The notes: generated by a model not told the origin, from the letters alone. Positions 1-12,438 are shown, numbered from the stretch's first letter. The stretch is 32,000 nucleotides of DNA from Mycobacterium leprae TN (GCF_000195855.1 NC_002677.1:390001-422000); one strand, 5' to 3'. Numbers and translations are program-made.

Positions 1-539
1 CTCCGTACGCAGCTGCCCACAACGCTCACCTTGCCGGCCTTTAAAGCCACTGGCCCACTGCTCACTGCATAGCTAAGCAATACAAGCTCAGTAACCCGAT
101 TGAGCGTCTTAGCCAGCATAGTTGGTGTCGAATCAGTGCAACCCCCAAAGCAACCCGCAAACACGCGGGCCCCACCCTTGCTGGTGATCTCACGCACGAT
201 CCCCACCCCCACCCAACCCAAACGAACGGTTAACGATCGATCACATCAACTCACAACACTGCAACACACCGCCACCCTTTACTCCACCCCCACAACAGAA
301 CATGCACACAAAGTACAATTCAACCCCGTCAATCCGAACGTGCGTGCCACCGAACACCAACACGCCTTAACGTCGAACTAGTTCACGTAAGCCCGGATGC
401 CGGTAGATCTTCGTTGCCTCGATACGTGTCTGGATCGTGGCGGAGTCTTGGTTCGGTGAGCCTCGGAAGATCTGAGGTGACTGAGTTGGGATACGGGTTG
501 TTGTTGTAGTGGATGCCGGCACAGTGGTCTCCGGGATGG

Positions 540-1340
540 GGTTACTGGTGTCGCATACGTTGGCCAATGATATGACCTGTGATGACGACAGCGACAAGTA
601 CGCCGAGAGCTAGCCAACACAACACCACATCGAAGATGCTGGTGATTTGGTGGGCGAGGTTCTTGCGGTAGACGAGGTTATGCCATCCGGTGGTGTTTGG
701 AACCATGGTGCCAACGAGATGCTCGCGATAAGCCGAGAAATGCTCATGGTGAGGAGAAATCCGCACAGTGACGAGATCAAGCCTCGCGGAGCGCAAGGTG
801 TTGGCTAGGTTGACGCGAAGCTAGATCGCGAAGACCGTGGTGGTCAAATCCGAACGCGGCCAGCGTCATGGTACCGTAGCGCGATAAGAGGAAATTCACA
901 CTCACCGCGACCCCGAGGTCGGTGATCCTCATCAACACCGATCCCAAGCACCACATCGCGATGAGCAGTAAGCTTTTTCGGGTAGCCTTTCACCAGGGGC
1001 TCTCGTCTTCTGGTGCGCCGCCACGGTAGCTGTGCAGTGCGAAAAGTATTGGGGGTGCAAAAATCACCGCGGTAGTTGTCCATGCCAAATAACCTTCGCA
1101 TCCGATTCCCGCCGTAGAGGTGTTCTGCGCAATGCCGTGGAACGCGTCGACGTAGCGTTCGGTGGGCAGGCGCCACACTAGGACCCCAGCGGCCAGCGTG
1201 TATATCTCGAGCCCGGTAGTCGAGAGTCGGGACGCCTTGGTGCTGCGAAAAATCCAGCTGGCCGTGACGAGGACAGCGGCTAGCGACACCAAGCTATACA
1301 TCATTGCTGTAGCAATAACCGTGATGTTTTTCTTGGCCAA
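540..1340 (-). pseudogene. Decayed multi-pass membrane protein remnant (fragments 542-796 and 990-1340 on the minus strand)
   Basis: Two minus-strand ORF fragments with hydrophobic stretches (VVLCWLALGVLVAVVITGHIIG; NITVIATAMMYSLVSLAAVLVTASWIF) separated by stops and frame changes. Family not recognised. Confidence 0.35.
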
Positions 1341-4300
1341 GTCAGACTAACCGCCCGAGTGCAACGCGTACCTCACCCGCCAGCACGTGTTGAAAATGGT
1401 GCTGAGCGATGTACCGATCATTGCTGCGTAGCTGATGATCTGAGCCAGACCCGAGCCACCTTCGGTGCCCGTCATCGTCTACGGCTGGGCCGGTCATTAT
1501 CGGTTGTGTGCTCAAGTGCGCCGGCTGCCCCCAACCAGGCCCCGGGCCCGACACCGCCGGGCCACGTGTACTAATCCAACGGATTGGACTCGCTTGGAAC
1601 GCGTCGGAGACGACAAAGCTGGCCATTGACAGTTAGATAGGGTTCGTTGAGTAACAGACGAAGCCGGCCAGCCAGGGCAAGCTTGAACCGAGCTCTCGAC
1701 AACCTACACAGGCCCACATAGGTTTACGGGCGAGCGAACCTGAGAGAAAGCAGGGTTACCGTCCTCAGGAGCCCAAATAACGGTACTTTGCTGGCGGGTG
1801 TGGCCCAACCCCCAACCGAAATAGAGGCTCCAAGGAGAGAACAGGGCGGCGACGACAAAATTAGCGGCGACCAAGTCGCGGATGTGGTTCCGTCGCTGGG
1901 TTGGCTATCCGGCTGTGTGCTGGGGGTCCCAGTAGACACGTCCTTACGTAGTGTCCGGTCCTGAGGTGGCGGCGCCTGGGGTGCCCTACACGGTGTCGGC
2001 CTGCCGCTCGATCGTGCAGGTTAGGCGTCTCGCCGTTGCTCTGGTTCACGGGTGCCCCCAGGGAAGCACGAACAATTACTATATTGGTGATTGGTGCTTG
2101 TTTGGTTGTGTAGTGGGGGAACCACCCTATTTTGTCGACTGCACCGCTTACGTGCGAACATATTCGCAGTTCGGACGCTGTGGCAGCGGCTGAGAACAGA
2201 AAATTTTGCGAAGGTACGGCAGTCCTTTGGCGAACGTTCCCCACTGGGAAACTTGGTTATGCTGCGCTGTGAGTGAACTTGGTTGCTTTGAGTGACTGAT
2301 GCTGCCGACTGCACCGCATTGCAGTGATTCTAGGACCATTATACTAGCCACGAGGTGGCCAGGAGGAAGGGGATCCGTGATGGACGTCGTTTTGGGGGTT
2401 GCTGGTCGCAGGCCGGGCCGCCAGATTGACGCTTGTCGGTTCGGGTGATGCGTTTGACCAATCCATTGTTGACTTGGCTGATAACCCAATCGAGAAAATG
2501 ACCGATACCGCAGTCGGCACGGATCAGCTGTTGGTCGATGCGAGCCTCCGGCTGGTGGCCACGCGGCTGTGTTGGGCTGATCAGCCCAAAGCCGATCTAG
2601 CTGCGACAGACATTAGAAGATGCCGGCATAGGGGACGTCGCGATCCTGTCCGAGTCGGAGGCAGCGACGGCGCTGATGCGGGGGCGTCCAGGTTCGGTGG
2701 TGCTGGTAGGCGATGAGACGGCGACACTGTTGGTATGGGGTTGGGTGGTCGAAGACTAGTACGCGCCACCGACCCTGCTGGCAGGTGCCGAAGTCAGCGT
2801 CACGTTGGACACAATGATGTTTCGGCTCAACAACCAGCTCGACGCTCCGACCGAGCTCTCTCTGGTGGGTGTTTTGCTGACTGCACTGCATGTTGCTTAC
2901 CAGGTCGACGATGTGTCGACCATGCGGGGAGAGGTTACCTGACGATCCTATGCTTGCGTGTGGCGTAGCGTTAGCCATCGCGCCTGCTACGATGGCCCAG
3001 TCGGCGTTGGCGGCTGAGGAGGAAATCACCATTGTGCCCGCCGGCCGAAGTCGCGGACGCGGTTGGTGAGGAGTCGCAGCTGGCGATGACAAGCTGCTGC
3101 CGGTCGATACGGACGAATGTGACGACGAATACGTCGATGCTAAAGTTGAGACCAGCGCGCTGCGGCTGCCGGGGGTGGCAGGTAGTCTAGCTCGACGTAA
3201 GCTATGGGAAGCCTAGGACGGGCGGTAAATACATAGGGTCAGCGGTGTTCCACTACGGGGCACTATATACACGCAATCGTGGCCTTCTGGAAGGTGATTT
3301 CATGAGCGGCCTGCTGGTCGATCTGTTGTGATCTGGACGTAGTGGTCAGCCCCGCCCAGTCAGCACCATCCGATTAACTAGGCCAGGTGTCGTCGCGTTG
3401 GCTGGGGTGTTGTTGATTTTGGGCTTGGTTTTGGTGTGGTCATGCAGCGAGGATCGGTGGAATTTGGGACGTGAGAATCGACAGGGCTGGTTACGATAGT
3501 TCGGTGTGGTGCTGACTTCCTGTGGCAATGAGGTCTATGGCGGTGAAACACGGTGTGAAGTCGGCGTGTTGGCCAAGATAACCGAATGCACGGATCTCAC
3601 ACAGGGGCTTTTACGGGTTGCGGTGCCGGACCGACGAGACGGGTTACCCGGGCACCGGCGCGCAGCTCCGCAACATCGAAGACCAGGTGATGGTGTTATT
3701 CGAATGGGTCATCGCCGCCTGTGGCGCGGCACTGCCAGGCTGATATGTGCTACTTAAGTACTTTACCCATTGCGACACTGGTCAGTGGCTCTAAGCTTTT
3801 GGTGCCTCGGTTCCCGATGAGTCCGGCTGACCGCTACGCTGTACTTTCGGCGGCGCACTGTCTCAATGCGTTCAAGAGGTAGTGGACTCCGTCACTGTGA
3901 CGGTCGAATTTCGGTTGTCTGAATAGGCAACCGGTTGTGCTGACTGGTTGCATAAAGGTTCCGTTAGGCATAAATCTGCATGTACGCAGTGAAACGTGGA
4001 TCTGGAAAATACATTTCGCCGAAACCGGTAACGTCGGTCGACAATTTCCATTGCGTATCGACTTCAAAGCACGAACGTGAACAACACAAGCGCTCAACCT
4101 CAAGACATTAGGATTGATGACTGAGATGCTTAAACCACGTACACGACACGCCAAAAAGATTAGAATAAACTGCAGTTTCGATGCATGATTCATTGTTCTT
4201 AGTGTCTTCGTTCAAGGTGTAGTAGTTTTAGATTGAGTAGTAAATGCGGTGAGTAGACCCAGTCGGTTGTGCAGTAAGACACGGTGGCCGTGTCAACCCA

Positions 4301-4447
4301 CGGCATGGTGGAATTAACGGTAAAATTTGTCGGTGCGTCAAAGTCAAAGGTGATCTGCCGTGATCCCGCTGAAATGGAGTACTGCTGATGGTGGTAGGCT
4401 TGATCAAAAGTGCTTATGAGCCCGCTGTTCACTTCGGTGGTGCCTAG

Positions 4448-5161
4448 TTGGCTAAGATGATTTCCGACAGTGGGATCGGTAAGGTCGTGATAACTTCGCG
4501 GGGTTTCGACGAATACCGGGCGATGTTCGCGTTGTCTGCCATGGATCTGAACGCCACGATTTTGGACTGTCCCGGTGGTGCATCCAGCGCCACGGCTGAA
4601 ATTAACGCGGCCGGTGGTCGTTCGATGGCCGTTGACCCTTTTTATGGTCGTAACCTTTCGGTCGCAGACCTAGCGTCGTTTATCCAAGCCGAAACCGACC
4701 GTGGAAACGCTTACGTCCGCGCCCATCCTGACGAGTATCGGTGGACCTTCTTCAGCAGTCCGGAGCATCACCATCAGTCACGAAGCCGGGCAGGTCGACT
4801 ATTCCTTCATGATTACTGTGCTAACCCGAGTAACTATGTGGAAGCCGCACTGCCTCGCCTGCCGTTTTCCACCCATGCTTTTGACCTTGTACTTAGCTCG
4901 CACTTGCTCTTCACCTACGCCGACCGACTCTCGCCGGATTTTCACTACCAAGCCATCAACGAACTCATGCGTGTCACCCGAATAGAGTTAAGAATTTTCC
5001 CGCTGGTGGTGATGGGGTCGATCCGATACGACCTCGACGACCTGCTGGCCAGGCTGCGCGCCGACGGGGTTCACGGCGAAGTTGTCGCCGTTGACTACGA
5101 ATTCCAAGCGGGTGGCAACCAAATGCTCGTCTGTTCTCGCCTTGACGGGGTGATCGGTTAG
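4448..5161 (+). CDS. Probable SAM-dependent methyltransferase-like protein (237 aa; TTG start at 4448 or ATG at 4457)
   Basis: Longest intact ORF in the first 7 kb. The motif order LDCPGGASSATAEINAAGGRSMAVDP (glycine-rich SAM-binding motif I followed by an acidic residue region) and FDLVLSSHLLFTYADRLSPDFHYQAINELMRVTR (late methyltransferase core) supports the call. Confidence 0.6.
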   Translation: MAKMISDSGIGKVVITSRGFDEYRAMFALSAMDLNATILDCPGGASSATAEINAAGGRSMAVDPFYGRNLSVADLASFIQAETDRGNAYVRAHPDEYRWTFFSSPEHHHQSRSRAGRLFLHDYCANPSNYVEAALPRLPFSTHAFDLVLSSHLLFTYADRLSPDFHYQAINELMRVTRIELRIFPLVVMGSIRYDLDDLLARLRADGVHGEVVAVDYEFQAGGNQMLVCSRLDGVIG

Positions 5162-7035
5162 GCCCGGAGGGGGCCTTTGCGAACGTCCGCAGCTTCGAGA
5201 CTTGGTTGGTGTCCAGCGAGAACGCGCGGGTTTTGCGAGCTGCCGCCAAGTTGGGCACCGTCACATTGGTAGCGTCAATGCAACGCCGCATCGCGATGAT
5301 CGCGGTCTCCCGCAGCAGTCCACATAGTCGGCGGCACGGTAGTCGTCGAGTTCGGTGGTAACATCGGCGAGGTCGCCGTCGGTGCTCAGCGGTATAGAGA
5401 TTTCCTGGCGGTACACAGGATTTTGTGAGCTGCTGCGGTATTGGGGCGCCAAAGCGTCGATCTCATCGAGGAACATCAACGACGGTGCAGAGTCGCGGGC
5501 CCGCCGGAACAATTCCCCGACCGTTTTTTCGAGCTGCTGACCCACTTGTCCATCAGCTCCGAGCCTGTGACGGCGTGCACGCTCAACTGCCCGGTGCTGG
5601 CTAACGCGGGCGGACCACAAAAATTTTGCCGCAGTCCGGCGGACTGTACAGCAGCACCTCGTGTGGCGGGTCGACGCCCAGCCTGATGAAGTTGTCGGGA
5701 TGCTGCAATGACCACAGCACTGCTTCGGTCAGTGCCTGTGTTTGGCATAGGCCATGCACCGACCTAGTTGAGCGTTACGCTTCTAACCGCTAGCTCATGG
5801 TTGGCTGAGCGCGACAGTGGCCGGGATTGTCCTGAGCACCCTGGCCAGGTCGGGCTTGGTTCAGTTGGAGTGGTGGTCCGTCGGTGCTGGCTTGCTACCC
5901 AGCCCGCCGCGCCGCTTTGTGTACCAGGAGTCTCGTCGAGATTGCGATCGCCGACGGGCGCCGAATGCAGCGGTGTCTCCGGAGTGCTCTGCGGTTGGAG
6001 GCACTGGGCATCACCCAACTCAGCTCGCGGTCACACAGCTCAGGGTCGCTCAACAGCCGTATTGAGCTGGTCGGATGCGCTGAGGTGGCAATCAACGCCA
6101 CAATGCCGGTCGGTCACCGCAGTGCACAGGTCGGCGAGGATGCGGGGAGCGACTAGCTAGCGACTGGCCGGCAGCAGTGCGTAGACATCAGTGGTGAGCT
6201 GTACGCCGCCACCGTCACGCACTTCAGTCACCGCGCAGGCTACGGTTTGAGTCGGTGTTCGGCGATCAGCGTGCTGACCTCCGGACCATCGAGCTCAATC
6301 AGCCTGCGGCGGACGCACACCGCACAGATCAGTGTCGCTTTGCCGATACCGGTCTGACTCGACACCAGCATACCCAGTCCCGCCGACGGTTCAGCATGTG
6401 CGGTTCGTCGGGGGCAAGCTTGAGCCATTCGGTGATCTTGCTGACCTGCACCTGCCCGCTCTTGAGAGATCGTCGACTCCGATTGCTGGGCTCGCAACCG
6501 CTGCTCCAGCGCTCTACGGGACATTGGCACCCCAAGTTACTAGTGGGTTCGGCTGCACGCTGACCGGTTCGTCGGGATCCACACCGGTGACGGTGAGCAG
6601 ATTAGGGATCTAGCTTATGCTGACCTCCGATGCCAGTGCGCGGACGTTGGCTGACGTTGATGTACCTGGGCTCAGGTCGCTGGGCAGCAATGGCACTGCG
6701 TCCCCGACGGTCGTCACTTTGCCCAGCAAGACTGGCACAGAGTGACCGGATGAACCGATCGGGCCTCGTAAACGGTGAGCGCGCTGACGATCACCGCAGT
6801 GCGTTCGCGCAGCTCGACGTTCGATAGCGTACACCTTGCCGAACAATACGGTGCCTACTTAACTGCCTTAGCCGGACAACACCGCCGTGGTCAAGTACTC
6901 ACTACCTGATACCGCATCCCATTCTAGTATGGCAAGGGCAGCAACGGCGTTCGTGTGTAAATGATGACGCCGCGGTGGGAGTCGCCGGCGGAGGTGTTGA
7001 GCGTAAGTTGCGGGGTCGAATCCTACAACGCTAAA
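5160..7035 (-). pseudogene. AAA ATPase pseudogene, Rv0435c-like
   Basis: Minus-strand fragments in shifting frames: ALASTGQLSVHAVTGSELMDKWVSSSKK, RARDSAPSLMFLDEIDALAP (Walker B), N-terminal HTNAVAALAILEWDAVSG and LLGKVTTVGDAVPLLPSDLSPGTSTSA, C-terminal NVTVPNLAAARKTRAFSLDTNQVSKLRTFAKA. Multiple stops and frameshifts. Located immediately downstream of pssA, as in M. tuberculosis. Confidence 0.85.
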
Positions 7036-7045
7036 CCAGGTCAGA

Positions 7046-7948
7046 TTATATAAACCGCCGTCCCGGTTTCCGCAGCCCCGACCGCACCATCGATCGGCTG
7101 CCTGGCTTAAGCAATCCAAGCCGCGGAACCGCGTGGCGGTTCGGACACGCACGGCGCGCCGCGCGCCGTGCGTCGTGCTGCTGCTTGAATTTGTCATCCC
7201 ACGCCTCGGGGTGCGCGGCAAGCCAGCGCTGGTTGTGAATCGCGAACGGGATGTGGCATAGGTAGGTGAGGATGATAACCCAGATCAACAGGTACGGGGC
7301 CAGCACTACAGCCGCCGCGAAGATCGCCAGCATCGCCACGAATACGGCTGCGTAGTGAGGCGGCACGGACACGGTGTGCATCTTTTTCATCGGGATTCGA
7401 CTGATCAACAGCATCGACGTCCCCGTCACCCAGATGCAAAGGAACCAGGTAGATGTCCACCAGCCAGCACCGAACTGCAACTTCAGGGCGAGCAAACCGA
7501 TCACTGAAACTGCACCCGCCGGAGCCGGCATCCCGACGAAGAATTCGCGCGTGTAGGCGGGCTGGGTCCCGTCGTCAAGCAGAGCGTTGAACCTCGCCAA
7601 CCGCAACACGACACACACCGGGTAAAGCAGCACCGCTACCCAACCGACGGGCGTTGTGGACAACATTGTCGCGTAGAGCACCACCGCCGGCGCCACTCCG
7701 AAGTTCACTGCATCGGCTAGCGAGTCGATTTCTTCGCCCATCCGCGACTCAGCGCCCAGGATACGGGCAACCCGGCCATCCAGTCCGTCGAGGATGGCGG
7801 CCGCAGCGATTAATGCGATCGCAGCCTTCGGCTGGTGCTCCAGGGCGAACCTGATGGAGGTCAACCCCGCGCAGATAGAAAGTACCGTCATCGAGCTGGG
7901 CAGGATCTGCAGGTTTACTGCTCGCCTGCTCCGGGGCCTGCTAGTCAT
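7046..7948 (-). CDS. pssA: CDP-diacylglycerol--serine O-phosphatidyltransferase
   Basis: 300 aa. Has the CDP-alcohol phosphatidyltransferase signature ([31 protein letters not shown]) and multi-TM character. ATG start overlaps the psd stop. Confidence 0.93.
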   Translation of the reverse strand: MTSRPRSRRAVNLQILPSSMTVLSICAGLTSIRFALEHQPKAAIALIAAAAILDGLDGRVARILGAESRMGEEIDSLADAVNFGVAPAVVLYATMLSTTPVGWVAVLLYPVCVVLRLARFNALLDDGTQPAYTREFFVGMPAPAGAVSVIGLLALKLQFGAGWWTSTWFLCIWVTGTSMLLISRIPMKKMHTVSVPPHYAAVFVAMLAIFAAAVVLAPYLLIWVIILTYLCHIPFAIHNQRWLAAHPEAWDDKFKQQHDARRAARRACPNRHAVPRLGLLKPGSRSMVRSGLRKPGRRFI

Positions 7949-8676
7949 GTCAGGTCGGCCAGCACGGTCTCGCCGGCGACTGCCCGCTGTCCCACCTGGA
8001 CGACCGGCTCGGTACCTGGTGGCAGATAAGTGTCCAGCCGGGAGCCAAACCGGATCAGTCCGTATGTGTCACCGATCGTCAGCTTGTCGCCGATGTGCGC
8101 GTAGCACACGATTCGGCGGGCCAGCAGGCCTGCGATCTGCACCACTACCACCTCAGTACCGCCGGCTGTGCGGATTCGTACGCTGGTGCGTTCGTTTTCG
8201 GTGCTAGCCGGGGCCAGATCGGCTGCTCCAAAGCGGCCTGGCTGGTATTGCACGGCGATCACCTCGCCGCTTATCGGGGCACGCTGCACGTGCACGTCCA
8301 ATAGCGACAGGAAGATGCTGACTCTCGGCAGCGACATGTTGCCCATGCTGAGTTCGGCGGGTGGCGTGGCAGAGTCGATTACGCAGATCATGCCGTCGGC
8401 GGGGGCGACGACGACACCGGCGCGGGTGGGTGGCACCCGCGAGGGGTGACGGAAGAACACTGCACAGGCACTGGCAGCCAGCAATCCCACCCGGCGTAGC
8501 CAGCGCAAATCACGTCCGGTGACGACTTGTCCCACTGCCCCGGCCGAGGTCACTGCCAGGCCAGCGGAGATAAACGGGTGTCCAGCAGAGTGAACCGGCG
8601 GAACGGCGGAACGCACCAACTCCAGTAGATGCGCAGGGCCTTCCTTCGAGGATTCGGCGCGGGGGCGTCTTGCCAC
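7945..8676 (-). CDS. psd: Phosphatidylserine decarboxylase (proenzyme)
   Basis: 243 aa from a GTG start. The C-terminal [15 protein letters not shown] contains the GS self-cleavage site. Four-base overlap with pssA. Confidence 0.93.
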   Translation of the reverse strand: MARRPRAESSKEGPAHLLELVRSAVPPVHSAGHPFISAGLAVTSAGAVGQVVTGRDLRWLRRVGLLAASACAVFFRHPSRVPPTRAGVVVAPADGMICVIDSATPPAELSMGNMSLPRVSIFLSLLDVHVQRAPISGEVIAVQYQPGRFGAADLAPASTENERTSVRIRTAGGTEVVVVQIAGLLARRIVCYAHIGDKLTIGDTYGLIRFGSRLDTYLPPGTEPVVQVGQRAVAGETVLADLT

Positions 8677-8739
8677 TCGGTCATCTTACGGAGTCAGCAT
8701 TGCTCGGCCGTAGTTACCTGAGATCCCAGACTTGCAGTT

Positions 8740-9995
8740 GAGTCCCGGTTGACACCTCCACAACGTTCTTTGGTCTGTTCAGCAGACCGTTGGCCGATGC
8801 CAGTCATGGCAAGTGGTGGTGCGCTGGTGGGCCGTAACTGGTGAGCGGTGTCGACTCCGTTTAACCTAATAGTCGGCGGGATGGAACAGCTCACGTCGGA
8901 ATTGCTGCATGGTGAATTTACCGCCTCGGTAAGCACCGTGGGCTGGTGCGGTGGCTGCGGATTCGGTAGGCGCATACCCAGGCGTAAGCGCGGTACGGAT
9001 TAATACCTCAAAAGACACCAGTGCGCTGATCGCGTTGCCCGGCAGCGTGACGATCGGTGCACCAAGCACCCGGGGCCGATGCCCGGCTGCATCGTTACCT
9101 TGACGAAATTCGACTGTGTGGTTTTGTTCGGCTCGATGGTTTTGGCTTTAGTGTTACGCGCCTAGGTAGCCGTCTCCGCTTAACATGTCTTCGACGACTG
9201 TTTAGACGCCAGTGCCGACTCCTCCGCTGGTGATGATCAGGTCAATCTTGTTTTTCAGTGCGAGCGTAGTAGTCCAGGATCGTGTTGAAATACACGATGT
9301 TATTTCGGGTGGTGACGGTGGCGACTATTACGTGTCGGGCCAGCGTCGCGAACGGCCCCGGCCAGCATGATCGCGTTCGATTCATAGATCTGTCCCGGTT
9401 GTAGTGGGGTGTCCGGCGAAACCAGCTTGGACCCGTTGGAGATCACCAGTACCCGTTGTTGCGAGATCACGTTGAGTTTGGTCATACTTACGCGCTGCGG
9501 CCAAACCAAGCACGGTCGGTGTCATCAGTTGACCTGCTCAAAGCACGGTACTGCCGAGGCAACGTTTTCGCTCGCCGGTCGAATGTGTTTGCCGATCCGG
9601 GCGGTCCTTGCTGAATCGACACCGATTGTCGCCCGCTGTCGATGTTTTCGACCGGCACATGGCCGTTGCCTCCGCCGGGTATCGGCGCTCTGGTCATGAT
9701 CCAATGTGCGTTACCGGGCTGCAACGTCAATTGATCGGTGTGTCCGGAAGAAAAGGACCGGCAGCAGTACCGGGTGTTCTGATTTTGTACGTTGAAGTGT
9801 CCTCGGTGCGTACCGCATAGCGCCATCCATCGCCGAATTGTCGAAAACCAGCAGCGAAAGCTGCGCGACCACACCTGCGGTCAGGTTCTGTCTCAAGGTC
9901 TCGATCAACGGAACCACGACCGCCGGACGGGCACAGATCATAATGTCCGCTACGGAACCACTGACAATCTTTAATTGACCGTAATCGGTCATCAT
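8740..9995 (-). pseudogene. moeA2: Molybdopterin biosynthesis protein MoeA2 pseudogene
   Basis: N-terminal MTDYGQLKIVSGSVADIMICARP...LSLLVFDNSAMDGAMRYAPRTLQ; middle VISNGSKLVSPDTPLQPGQIYESNAIMLAG; C-terminal GAPIVTLPGNAISALVSFEVLIRTAL, spread over different minus frames with stops. Located upstream of psd, as in M. tuberculosis. Confidence 0.9.
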
Positions 9996-10004
9996 TGGCC
10001 CGGC

Positions 10005-10630
10005 AATGAGGTGCGCGGATCGAGCTTTGGATCGAATAGGTGACGCCGGTGAATTCCTTGGAGACGGGTCAGAGCCAGCGTTGCAGCTGTTAGTTGAACA
10101 GCAGGTTGGCCAGCTTGGACTGCCCATAGGCGGCGATCCGGTTGTAGTGGCATTCCCACTGCAGATCGTCGAAGTGGATCTCGGCCTGCTGTCGGTGACT
10201 GAGGCTGCTCACGGTCACTATCCGCGAATCGTGCACCGGCAGTAACCGGTCGAACACCAGTCGGGTTAGCGTGAAATGACCAAGATGATTTGGTGCTGAA
10301 CTGCATTTCGAAACCGTCCGCTGCGACATGCTTTGGTGGCCATCATCACCCCGGCGTTGTTGATCAGCAAGTCGATGCGTGGGTAGGTGGTGCACAGTAC
10401 ATCCGCGGTGACCCGCACTAAGTCCAGTGAGCGGCCCAGGTTCGAGTTCCTGCAGTGTGACGTCGTCGTGCTGACAGGCGGGAACCATGCGTGCCAGCGT
10501 GGCGTTGCCCTCTGCGAGATCGCGCAGCGCTAGCACTACGTGCACCCCGCGATCGACCGAACATGCAGGTTGTGTAGTATCCGGTGTCCGTATTGGCGTC
10601 GGTGACGACAACGAAGCAGCCGCTTTAATC
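10005..10630 (-). pseudogene. Short-chain dehydrogenase/reductase pseudogene, paralogue of the intact SDR at 13698-14612, with an internal deletion
   Basis: ASNHLGHFTLTRLVFDRLLPVHDSRIVTVSSLSHRQQAEIHFDDLQWECHYNRIAAYGQSKLANLLFN closely matches TNHLGHFAFTGLLLDRLLPIVGSRVITVSSLSHRLFADIHFNDLQWECNYNRVAAYGQSKLANLLFT. In-frame stops and frameshifts are present. Confidence 0.88.
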
Positions 10631-10762
10631 TGGTGTATGGGCCTTTGACCATTTGCGGGACTGGGCGTCTAGGGCCATAGCTACAACATAATCATCAGAA
10701 TAGGGTGTTGCAGGGTTGCTGAACGGATAACGGGGACGGCGGCCAGCACCATCCCATATCAG

Positions 10763-10800
10763 GCCTGTCTCTAGAGGCTTTGCCTGTCTCTAGAGGCTTT
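10763..10800. repeat. Perfect tandem duplication of the 19-bp unit GCCTGTCTCTAGAGGCTTT at the 3' end of the esterase gene
   Basis: Units at 10763-10781 and 10782-10800 are identical. The esterase stop codon lies within the first unit. Confidence 0.95.
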
Positions 10801-11868
10801 AGAGGCAGTAGCCTCTCGGATGTACTGGCTGATCTGGCGCAGCGACAGGGTGGCTTCGGGCACCATCGGCGCGGCGGCCTGGAATACGTGCACCTGTCCT
10901 GGCCACACGCGGATCTCGGCCGGCACACCTACGGCCGCCAGTTTCGTCGCGGCTAACTGTGCGTCGTGTAGCAACACCTCGGATCCGGACACGTGAATCA
11001 GTGTTCGTGGCAGACCCGGTGCTATGTGGTCTAGCGGTTCGTAGAGCTCTTCGGGCTTGTCGTCGACTTTGTTCTTCGCGGCTGAGCTAGCAACCAACCT
11101 GCCAAGAGCATCGAACGCCTTCGGCGGGAACATTGCGTCAGTCTTGGCGTTGGGGTGCGCCTGCTTACCCTTTTTAGCCAACTGCAGCAGTGGTGAAATT
11201 GCCACCAACGCCGCTGGTTCCTCACCCACGTCCTGGAGTCGCTGGGCAAGTGCCAGTGCAAGGTACCCACCGGCGGAATCGCCCGCCAACACTATCTGCT
11301 CTGGGTCGTAACCCAACCGTCGCAGCCACTGGTAGCCATCGTGACAGTCATCGAGTGCCATCCCGATTGAGTGCTTAGGCAGCAGCCGGTAGTTGACCAC
11401 CAGAATTGGGGAGTCAGCCAACTTCGAGAGTGTCTCGACAAGTCGACGGTGCGAGTTCGCCCCACACCCCAGAAACGCTCCACCATGCAGGTAAAGAACT
11501 ATCCGCCCGCTGCCATCAGCGGGCCGCACTCCAGCTGCGCGGACCAGCTGCGCTGACGTGTTAGATAAGTTCACTTCGGCCCGAGCCGCGTTTGTGACCG
11601 GGAGTAGCACACGAGCAGCATGGTCGATCAACCCGAATGGCCATGGAAGCTGCGGGACGTAGCTGCCGACCGCCAGAATTGGCCGGATTGTCAGCCGTGA
11701 CGTCAGCGAAGCTAATCGCGCAGCAATACTTGGGCCAGACTCGACAATCTCGACCGGAGCTCCGGCGCTGATGGCCAATCCTCGTGCCCCACGTCTGTAG
11801 GCCTTCAGTGCATCGCACGGACGCGTAGTAACCCTGGGAGAGCCAGATAGTTTACTGAGCGTAGTCAT
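10771..11868 (-). CDS. Alpha/beta hydrolase, HSL-type esterase/lipase (365 aa)
   Basis: Oxyanion-hole motif YLHGGAF, nucleophile elbow GDSAGG, and a downstream region with catalytic Asp/His candidates (HVSGSEVLLHDAQ...WPGQVHVFQ). Full-length ORF. Confidence 0.88.
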   Translation of the reverse strand: MTTLSKLSGSPRVTTRPCDALKAYRRGARGLAISAGAPVEIVESGPSIAARLASLTSRLTIRPILAVGSYVPQLPWPFGLIDHAARVLLPVTNAARAEVNLSNTSAQLVRAAGVRPADGSGRIVLYLHGGAFLGCGANSHRRLVETLSKLADSPILVVNYRLLPKHSIGMALDDCHDGYQWLRRLGYDPEQIVLAGDSAGGYLALALAQRLQDVGEEPAALVAISPLLQLAKKGKQAHPNAKTDAMFPPKAFDALGRLVASSAAKNKVDDKPEELYEPLDHIAPGLPRTLIHVSGSEVLLHDAQLAATKLAAVGVPAEIRVWPGQVHVFQAAAPMVPEATLSLRQISQYIREATASKASRDRQSL

Positions 11869-12438
11869 GCTCTACTTTCGACGTCTTGATGGTCCGGTAA
11901 GGGGTGTGACAAAGCTGCAAAACCTCCAGCTTTTCATTGGAATCTCCCCCAAAATAAAAAATTAGGACAGGCAAATTCGCCACTGATGCCTGCGCAACCG
12001 GCACTAGCTTTGCGTACGAATGCCAGCTCCTGTGAGATACACCGCAACAATTCCCTCCCAGGCACGAATCCAGCGTGTCAGCGACACGATGCCGGCAAAC
12101 AATACCAGCCGTCCAATACCCGTTCGCTAACAGTTAATAATTAAAATCTATCAAATTACATAATTTGTGCCATGGTGGGCGGGACTTGATTTCGGGTCGC
12201 TTACGCCGACTGCCACGTGGAAGTGGCTGTGTGCCAGGTCCGTTCTGGGCGCTGGGAACGAATTGTCGGCCGTGGACTGCGGCGTAGTTACCGATTGATT
12301 AGACTGCGGCGGCTTGCTCGACTAATCGGTGTCGTTGGCGATCTACTGCGCTTCCGCAAACGGGGTCAGCGGCCGTCATCACGGTCGTCGCGCTACTTGC
12401 ATAGATGCTCATTGCCTGGACGTTGTTGACTCAAAGTA

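Noticed and set aside
100-4432. Scattered short ORFs in the first 4.4 kb considered as novel small proteins
   Set aside because: They are short, overlap in many frames and lack motifs, consistent with pseudogene debris. Only the hydrophobic 540-1340 minus-strand remnant was retained, at low confidence.
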